Part shown: piece by piece, positions 55,720-64,000 of the stretch
Position numbering within the stretch: position 1 is the stretch's first letter
How the letters are laid out: every line of letters starts with the position of its first letter
NCBI GenBank assembly: GCA_021613535.1
Contig: CP075493.1
Location: 8,866,001-8,930,000 of the forward strand
DNA from: Adineta vaga
Lineage: Eukaryota; Animalia; Rotifera
Length of the DNA: 64,000 bases
Reading direction: 5' to 3'
The notes under the pieces: generated by a model
What the model was told of the DNA's origin: nothing
The model's input: the letters and a program-made list of their open reading frames with translations, nothing else
Database searches by the model: none
Made by a program: the position numbers and the translations under genes

Positions 55720-58136
55720 ATGAGTAACGAAACCTCGATAACTAAACTTGTACTTCCTGCTAATACAGGTAATAGTACATCAACAACACCAACATCATCA
55801 TCATCACCACCATTAGGACTGAATAATGATCAACAAATTAATATGAATGGTAATGGAATCGTTAATGATGGTAAATTAACATCAAATCATTATCAAAATG
55901 GTGTACTTCCTGATCTTCAATCGACATTCCAAGATTCATCATGGAGTCATGTTATTGATCCATTAAGTGGAGCAACCGGTGATCATCCATTTGATGTACC
56001 ACATAATGGTAGTCGAATGTTTGAACCGCAACCGACACCGCTCATGACAATGCAACAACAAATGTCTTATCAACAAGTAATGAAATAAAGAAGAGTTTCT
56101 TTTTCTAATATGATCGATCTATGTATATTTATTTTTAAAGGAAATGCAGAGGAGACCCATTACTGCAGCACACAATTTTCCAACACAAAACATTCGTGGT
56201 GGAAATAATATTCCACCCATAACATCAAATGGACGATGGAATAGTCAACAATCATCGATTGGACCACCACCTCATCTTCAACAACAACCGCAATCACCAA
56301 CATGGAATACATCACCTGCTTCACATGGTTTTCCCATGACATCGTATGTTTTGTTGATTTTGTTCTTCACTTTAACGTTTCAAATGAATATTTTCTTTTT
56401 CAAAGATCTCGTCGTCCGGTCTCTTCATTACCAAATTCCAATATTCCGATATCTCAACCAAAAAAAGGACCAAATAATTTCTTTCCATTTCTTCCATCAT
56501 CAACATCAACAACAGGTCAAAATCAACCAATTCGACCAACACCAGTCATGGGCAATTTTCTTTCAACACCAAATGGACAAACAACATCACAAATGATCAA
56601 CGGTGATATGGGACAAAATTTTCCGCCGATCAATGTAAAATAAATTCTCTACTTTATTTTCTGTCTCATGTCAATTCTTTTTGTCTTTCAGTCCGGTGAT
56701 GCATATGATATGAGTTCATTTCAACAACTGATGGATATGATGCGAAATGCTTCGAATGAAGGAGGAAAACGTGTTTACAATGAAGATTCAGGAATGGGTG
56801 GTATACTTGATACAGAAGGTTTAATGTCCGTTGGTGGTCCATCATCTTCATCATCAACAAGTTTATTTAATTCATCACCACGTGCAATGCAAATGGATAT
56901 GAACAAAGAAGAACGTTTTTCACGTAAAGTTTTTGTTGGAGGTTTACCACCTGATATCGACGAAGGTAAAGATCAAAGCATTATGATGTTGGCAGAGATA
57001 GATTTTTTATTATTTCTTTTTATTAATAGAGGAAATCATTGCACATTTTCAACGATTTGGTCCATTGATTGTTGATTGGCCACATAAACAAGAAAGCAAA
57101 TCTTATTTTCCACCAAAAGGTTATGCTTTTTTAATTTTTACATATGAACGATCTGTACAAGAATTAATTGATGAATGTGTTATCGATGATTCAAAACTTT
57201 ATATGTGTGTATCAAGTCCAAGTATGAAAGATAAAGCTGTACAAATACGTCCTTGGTTATTAGCCGATTCCGATTTCGTTATGGACGGAACACAACCATT
57301 AGATCCACGAAAAACTATTTTTGTCGGTGGTGTTCCTCGACCATTACGTGCAGGTAAGCAACATGTCATTTTCATATTTTTTTCTCTTTAACAGTTATGC
57401 ATTGAAATCGGACAAAGGAACAGGGAATTTATGAACCACAAATATTGCATGTCAACATGATCGAAAGACTAATGATATTGTTCCGATGTCTATATTTGTA
57501 GAATAATATCATTTGCTAAAACTAGATAGACTACTATACTTTTCTTGTAACTAGTAAAAGATACCTATCACAAATGTATACTTAGAGTAGGTTAGTTTTT
57601 AAAGTTCTTTTCCTTTTATCTTGATCTGCAATTTAAAGATGAGACTGAAAATCAAATGATTGTATTTGTCTTTAGTCGAATTAGCTATGATAATGGATCG
57701 ATTGTATGGCGGTGTTTGTTATGCCGGTATTGACACGGATCCCGAATTGAAATATCCAAAGGGTGCCGGCCGTGTTGCTTTTTCAAATCAACAAAGTTAC
57801 ATTGCTGCAATATCTGCTCGTTTTGTACAATTACAACATGGAGATATCGACAAACGAGTTCGTTCTTTTTGTTTTTCGTACTGTTTTTTTAATTTCATTT
57901 AATTGCTTTAGGTTGAAGTTAAACCATATGTTCTTGATGATCAATTATGCGACGAATGTGCAGGTGCACGTTGTGGTGGAAAATTTGCTCCATTCTTTTG
58001 TGCCAATGTCACCTGTTTACAATATTATTGTGAAGCATGTTGGGCATCAATTCATGCTCGTGCCGGTCGAGAATATCACAAACCATTGGTAAAAGAAGGC
58101 GCAGATCGTCCTCGTACATTACCATTTCGTTGGTAG
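55720..58136 (+). CDS. orb2: Cytoplasmic polyadenylation element-binding protein, CPEB2/3/4 (Orb2) class
   Basis: RFSRKVFVGGLPPDIDE, VDWPHKQESKSYFPPKGYAFL, DPRKTIFVGGVPRPL, GVCYAGIDTDPELKYPKGAGRV and ZZ-like CDECAGARCGGKFAPFFCANVTCLQYYCEACW...H...H. Ends PFRW*. The N-terminus is Q/N/P/S-rich. Confidence 0.95.
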
Positions 58137-59442
58137 ACAAAAAAATTTTCATGTCAAACATCACTACTAATCCATATATTCTTATTCTGATTGTTGTTTT
58201 CATTTGTGTACATTCGTTTTTTTTCTCTCTCTCTCTTTTGTGAACGTTGCGCATATGTATGTCTTCTTTTTTCCATAAGACCTGGCGCATTTTTCTTGGA
58301 TAAATGTTGTTAGTGGGGATAAGTCGTTGGATGATCTCGTATTGTTTTCTGATAATTAATTGAAGAAAAAGAAAATCGAAAACACATTTCCTCGTGTGTT
58401 TACTTGTCATAGTTGATTCTATACTTATGTTTTTTCTCTTATGTGCAATCTTTTCTTACATTATATTGTGGGCTTTTTTGTTAAAAAAAAACTAAAAAAA
58501 AACTTTCTCCAAAAAAAATTCTATTCGCTCTTTTCTTTTTTCTCTCTTTTGTGTTTCCGTTTATTTTGTACACAAGTTTTATTTTGTATGATTTTTTTTC
58601 TCCGCTCTCTCTTCATTCATCTCAGCTTGTCTTCTTTTTGGTTTTGTTATTGTCACTCCCTTTTTTTTCCTCTCTTTGTTGGTGGGAAGCATTCTCGTTC
58701 TTCATTTTCTTTTTGTTGTTGTTGTTGTTGTTGTTCTTCTTCTTCTTGTTGTCATTCATATTTAACCAGTTCGTCATTCTTCTTCATCTTCTTTTTGATA
58801 TTCGATTATATTTTTTGTTTATTTATTTTTTATCGTGTCATCATTATTTAGGCCGTGAAAAAAAAACATCGCTGGTGAAAGAGCACATCTTACCGGTGGA
58901 GTTGCTCTTTTCGTATTTTGTACCTTCAAATAAAACAGGCAATCTGGCGCGCAGATCTTCTTCTATTAACCAAACGCTTGTTTGTGTTTGTGGAGTCTTT
59001 TTTTCTCCTTCATTTTTTATATTATCATCACAAAGACGTTTCTTGGTTGGTATTTGTTTTCTTCTATGTCTCTGATTCATGATTGATTGTTGTCGTTTTT
59101 TAATTCGTACCTTTTTTTGTTGTACTAAACTATCATCACCTATTTCTTCTTTTCTTTTCTTTTTTGTTGGAATAAAAATTAAGAGAATCCAAAAAAACAA
59201 GATAGAGTTTATTATCTTTTGTTCTGTTATTACAAATCGTGGGAATTATATACACGCCACATCTTCTCAAAGTATTTACATCTTGAGTGTCGTTTGCGAG
59301 TAGCAAAACGAACGAAAAGAAGCACAGACAAGAAAAAATTTCGAGAAAAAGAATAGTTTTATAATCACTGAGAATGGGGGAAAATATATATATGGCTGTT
59401 ACTTCGTTTCTAAACTCAATTTATCTTGTAGATTAAAGAAAA

Positions 59443-59649
59443 ATGTTTCAGGGATCATCGAATGAATTATCTCGAAAAGGAACAAAATCAACAGACAATA
59501 TAAAACGACGTCTTCAATCAGTATGTGGTTGTAGTCCATATGTGGTTTATTTTGGTTTTATTCCATTGGTGGTCTATTTAGGATTTAAACTTGGGCCAGA
59601 TCCAGGCACACCTGACTTTTCATTATTAAATTTGTTACCTATTGGTTAA
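59443..59649 (+). CDS. TOMM7: Mitochondrial import receptor subunit TOM7
   Basis: YFGFIPLVVYLGFKLGPDPG.P..S..NLL matches the Tom7 signature (WGFIPLVIYLGFKRGADPG); 68 aa. Acceptor TTGTAG at 59431. Confidence 0.88.
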   Translation: MFQGSSNELSRKGTKSTDNIKRRLQSVCGCSPYVVYFGFIPLVVYLGFKLGPDPGTPDFSLLNLLPIG

Positions 59650-61137
59650 AAAAAATTATGTTAATCATATGTTTTTTTGTTATTGATTTTCATAGAAAAG
59701 AAAAATAAAAGAAACTACTCACCACCAGAACCCTTTTTTGGACCTCGTTGTTGCTGCTGTGGATGTTGATTTGATCCTTGTTGATTGTTATTCGTAGATG
59801 GATTTTTTTTCTGTTGTTGCTGTTGTTGTCCACCGGCATGAAAATTATGTTTCGGTCCAGAACCTTTCTGTTGATAATCATTTGGATGTGGAGCAAAAGA
59901 TGACGGAGACTGTGGATATCTATAGTGTTGTTGTGGTTGTTGCTGTTGCTGTTGCTGTTGACGTTGTTGTTGTGATCTTCGATCGACAAAATATCCACCA
60001 GCATTGTTTTGTTGATTTTGGTAAGTTGGATTCATATGATGACGAACATTTTGATTAGTTGGAAAACGTTGATTATTATAGATTTGTGATGAATTCTGTT
60101 GAAATGATGGCCGATTTGAAGGACGTCGATTATCATTATTCGGACGTTGTGAACGATATTGTTGTCCATTATTTGATCGAACAGACATTTGTTGCGAACT
60201 AGTCCGAATGCATTCTTTAGGCAACAGGATTATTAGACGTGTCAAACGTTCATAGAGAGAGCGATCAAGTAGGCAGGTTGAAACACGTTTTGTGACTTTT
60301 GTTTTAGTTCCATTCGTTTTTGAGCAGAACAATTGTCCCAATGGACTTGATTGATCTTTCCACATACAATCCTCGTCATTATGTAAAGATAATAAATTTG
60401 GGAAAAGTATCGATTCAATTTGAGGTTTGGTACTAAGAGGTTCATTTGTTACTGTAGAAAACATTAGTTTTGAAAGAATATTTGTCATTGGTGCAGATGA
60501 TATAGAAGTTTTAATAATATTGTCAAGTGTTGGATCAGGTTCGTTTGATTCACTACGAATTTTCTCCTTTTCATTTGATGAAGGTGGTGATGGATCATTT
60601 CGAAGGTATTCATTGGCAAGATCATCGAGTGAAAAATTACCATCATCATCATGATTCTTAGGTGGTGTAGATGGAAGAAGAGGTGTTGTTGTTGTTGTTG
60701 TTTCTTTAACTTCATTTGGTGAAGAATCTAAACGAATAAATAGGAAGGTTCTCAATGGTTATAATTCATCTGATTCCAAACTTATACATTTGTTTCTTTT
60801 ACTTGTTCTTACCGGTAGTTATTCTTAAACCAATTTCTTCATCATTACTTTGATTTTCATCATTGAATAAATCTTGTCCAATTGTAAAGAGATTATTAAG
60901 AAAATCTTGTTTATCACTGGGTGATACTGGTGACGACAGAAGTGTAAATTCCGCAATTTTAACTAATAAATCTGTTTGTTTTGATCGATTTTCTATAAAT
61001 TGTGGTTCATGTTGACATTTATCAATTACTTTTTCTAATAAGTCGATTAACTGTACACGTTTTGTTGCTATTTTATCTCCAGAAAAACCAGGTGGTGGTA
61101 GTGATGAAGATTCATTATCACGAGAATATGCAGACAT
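59574..61137 (-). CDS. Uncharacterised protein with Q/N-rich low-complexity C-terminus (exons 61137-60813, 60727-59723, probable 59638-59574)
   Basis: Long open frames joined by phase-compatible GT-AG introns; no family recognised. Confidence 0.7.
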
Positions 61138-62038
61138 GATATTTTCACTTTGTTTTTGTATTTTCGTTAAAATCTACTCTTTTGTAAATAGAATTTACCA
61201 GAATAGAAAAAAATCCCTGTTTTTTTTCTTCACTCGTCATATGAGTCATCTTGTCAATATCCTCTTTATATATTTACATATGTATGCTGATGTCGCTAGT
61301 GAATTCTTCATAGGGACAAAATAAAGTTACCTATGGAATGAATAAGACAATAGAATGTGTTGTCATCTACACATATGAGTAGGTGGTCACTGGTCGACGG
61401 TATATATGAAGAATAATTAGTTAAAATCATGATAAGGCAGAAAAAAAGTATTTATTTCAACAAAACCATATTTGTAGTCGCTGAGAATATCATATTGTGA
61501 GTAAAATGGACAAATTCGTGTATCTCGATCAGCTAATGCGATGTATAGATACAGTATCTAGCTTGATGTAATGATCTACTGTATAAAGTACTATCATTCC
61601 AACTAAAATATGCTTATATTTGTAACATCCATAATGACCAACATCATACACATATCATACTTTACATAAATTTTTAACTTTTCAATCCAGATAAATAACA
61701 GGGTTAAAGAAATTCATTTTAACTTATCAAAGATTAGATGATCGATAAAAAGACTATAATATGAGCAGTATTGTGACGTTTCTATCACTTGTTCAAGTAG
61801 ATTAATGATAGATACAATCCAGCAAAAGAATAAGTTGTACAATTTATCACAAGTTAAAGGAACATACGTACATTGGCGACCTCTGTTCTATCAATAGAAA
61901 CATTTCAAACAAAAAATGATGAATGGTTGATGTGAAACACCATCTTCTTCTTATTATATTTATTATATATATATATCGTCTTGACTCATAAGAACGGAAA
62001 ATTATTTCTTTTATTACAACACAAGCAAACAAATCAAT

Positions 62039-63027
62039 ATGGGAGGCGATGGTGGATCAATACCAAAACGAATTGAACTCGTGCAACAAAAGAAGAAACC
62101 TGAAACAAAAGATCGAGATGCTGCTAATATGGCTAAATGGCGTCATTGTACATTAAAACATGGTCCACTTAAACAACCTATTGTTGTTGATTGTAATGGT
62201 CTGCTGTATAATAAAGATGCCATCTTAGAATATTTACTTGATCGTCAAAGCTTTGAACATGGACCATCCTATATTAAGAAATTAAAAGATGTGAAAGAAT
62301 TAAAATTGACTGAGAATTCATCGTTTAAATCTAATCATAATGAATTTGGAAATGAATATTTAGATGTTTATACATCTCCATTTATTTGTCCAATAACATT
62401 TGTCGAAATGAATGGTAAATATAAATTTTGTGCGATATGGACATGTGGCTGTGTTCTATCGGATCGTGCACTTCGATCAGTTAATAAATCGACAAATGGT
62501 GAAGAAAAACTTGTTTGTCCACGTTGTGACAAAGAATATTCATCCAGTGATGATGTAATTATACTCAATCCTGAAGATGAAGATATAGTTTTCATGGACC
62601 AACGACGAGAACGATTAAATGCAAATCAGAAAAAGAATGGATCCACAAAACGAAAATTAATAGAAGCAGACGAACAATCCAATGAAAAGAAGAGCAAAGT
62701 TGGTGAGTAATCTTTTTATGACAATTAAATCTAATCAACAAATGATAATAATCAAATTAGAAAAATAACCCTTTTTTTTTCTTCTTTATTTTAGAATCAA
62801 CAAAGAGTACTAATGGTGCATCAGCATCTTCATCTTCATCGACAATTCCAAAAGCTACTACGTCAAAAATAGCTTCTGGATCAAAAGTAACAAATACTAA
62901 ATCGACCATTCAACAAGATCCAACTAAATCAGATCTCTATAAATCCTTATTTACAACTAGTGATGCTGCGAAAAAGAAAGAAAAGAATAAAGCACATTGG
63001 GTAACTTATAATCCACTTTATTATTAA
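62039..63027 (+). CDS. RTF2: Replication termination factor 2 (RTF2/RTFDC1), 2 exons
   Basis: MGGDGGSIPKRIELV, LYNKDAILEYLL, FICPIT.VEMNGKYKF, WTCGCVLS and CPRC. Exon 2 (62795-63027) carries IQQDP..S..YKSLF and HWVTYNPLYY*. Confidence 0.93.
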
Positions 63028-63175
63028 TTAAGTTTGATTGTAAAAATAAAAATAAACTTACTTGTTGGTTTTGTGTTGTATCGAATAAACTTACGTTGTA
63101 TCAAACTTTACGAATCTTGTTTTCTTTAGTTATTCTAGATATGTATGAATTCTATTGAATAAGTAAATCCAATCC

Positions 63176-64000
63176 ATGGAAACAAACAATGTAGATAATC
63201 ATTCTCCATTATCCACAAGTAATGGAATAGGTGATGAAGCTGAAGGTATTTGGAGTGCTGATATTGAACAAAGTTTTATGGAAGCATTAGCTATCTATCC
63301 TCCATGTGGACGACGTAAGATCATTTTAACGGAAGAAGGAAAAATGTATGGACGGAATGAATTAGTTGCACGTTATATTAAAATTCGTACAGGTAAAATA
63401 CGAACACGTAAACAAGTTTCCTCACATTTACAAGTACTTGCTAAACGTCGTTCGAAAGAAATTCAATTATTACGTAATGATAAAGCTGCACAACAAATCA
63501 TTCTCGAGCGATTAAAACAATATACATCGGCTGAAATTGTTTCGTTAAATAGTGAACAAATCAATACTGATAATGATTCATATTCTGATGATAATGAAGA
63601 AATTAAGAAACAAAAAAAACCTAGTCCTGTTAAGAATCTCCTTCAACCAATGTCAATGGATGAACATTCAATAAAAGTTATACCAACATTACCAAACAAT
63701 TTAGATCATATAAAAGCGAACGAAGATTTACCTTTAAAAACACCGGTTTTGAAAAAACATACGGTTAAAAAAGAAATACCTATAAATAAAATAAATGTGC
63801 CCATACCACCGATGACAAATAATTCTATGCCGCTTTATTTACAAAGTAAAGACATCTCTTATTATAGTATATCGTTTTTTTTTCAATTTTGTTTTCTTAT
63901 ATATAGCTTCTTCTACCGTTTATACTCATGGTACAGGTCGATCTCGATGTTCATCAAATGCATCATCATCATCACCGCTGTCTTCCGGTTCGACAGGTTC
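63176..64000 (+). CDS. TEAD: TEA-domain transcription factor (TEAD/Scalloped), 3' truncated by window end
   Basis: [67 protein letters not shown]. Intron 63846-63906. Absent from the ORF track because no stop is reached. Confidence 0.93.
   Translation, partial: METNNVDNHSPLSTSNGIGDEAEGIWSADIEQSFMEALAIYPPCGRRKIILTEEGKMYGRNELVARYIKIRTGKIRTRKQVSSHLQVLAKRRSKEIQLLRNDKAAQQIILERLKQYTSAEIVSLNSEQINTDNDSYSDDNEEIKKQKKPSPVKNLLQPMSMDEHSIKVIPTLPNNLDHIKANEDLPLKTPVLKKHTVKKEIPINKINVPIPPMTNNSMPLYLQSKDISYYSISFFFQFCFLIYSFFYRLYSWYRSISMFIKCIIIITAVFRFDRF

Noticed and set aside
58441-59303. Several hydrophobic or Lys-rich ORFs on both strands
   Set aside because: Artefacts of the U-rich CPEB 3' region; low complexity with no domain or splice support.
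60240-60660. Faint resemblance of SLDDLA..YL / SPLGQLFC to Ski7/HBS1L short-isoform motifs
   Set aside because: The diagnostic PFDF..PSPDD motif is absent, so the match is too weak to call.
1-64000. CRISPR arrays, rRNA/tRNA genes, intact transposons
   Set aside because: No repeat-spacer array, structured RNA gene or transposase/RT ORF was visible; the context is eukaryotic.

Overview
AT-rich (roughly 70% A+T) eukaryotic genomic DNA with dense genes and many 50-65 nt introns. The gene content and intron style resemble a bdelloid rotifer (inference). Genes in order: LAR-type receptor tyrosine phosphatase (+, 5' end off-window); small orphan (-); NPY/PrRP/sNPF-class GPCR (-); SLC4 bicarbonate transporter (-); DegT/DnrJ-type PLP enzyme (+); a tightly packed minus-strand run of OSBP, TMEM8/PGAP6, Artemis, TMEM35/NACHO and AACS, with an NPY/NPF-like precursor nested antisense in an AACS intron; an AS3MT-like methyltransferase (-); Misato (+); CPEB2-4/Orb2 (+); TOM7 (+); a Q/N-rich orphan (-); RTF2 (+); TEAD (+, 3' truncated). 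Highlights: (1) an NPF-fold peptide whose RPRF-amide terminus is replaced by a non-amidated KIKLV; (2) an AS3MT homologue lacking all the arsenic-binding cysteines but keeping the SAM motifs; (3) operon-like gene junctions (stop, AATAAA, U-rich tract, AG, ATG within 70-160 nt) suggesting polycistronic transcription with SL trans-splicing; (4) an apparently obligate AT-AC intron with a U2-like 5' end in AACS; (5) a predicted antisense coding-on-coding overlap with TOM7; (6) internal signal-peptide starts in LAR. Exon boundaries were read by eye and no database searches were run.
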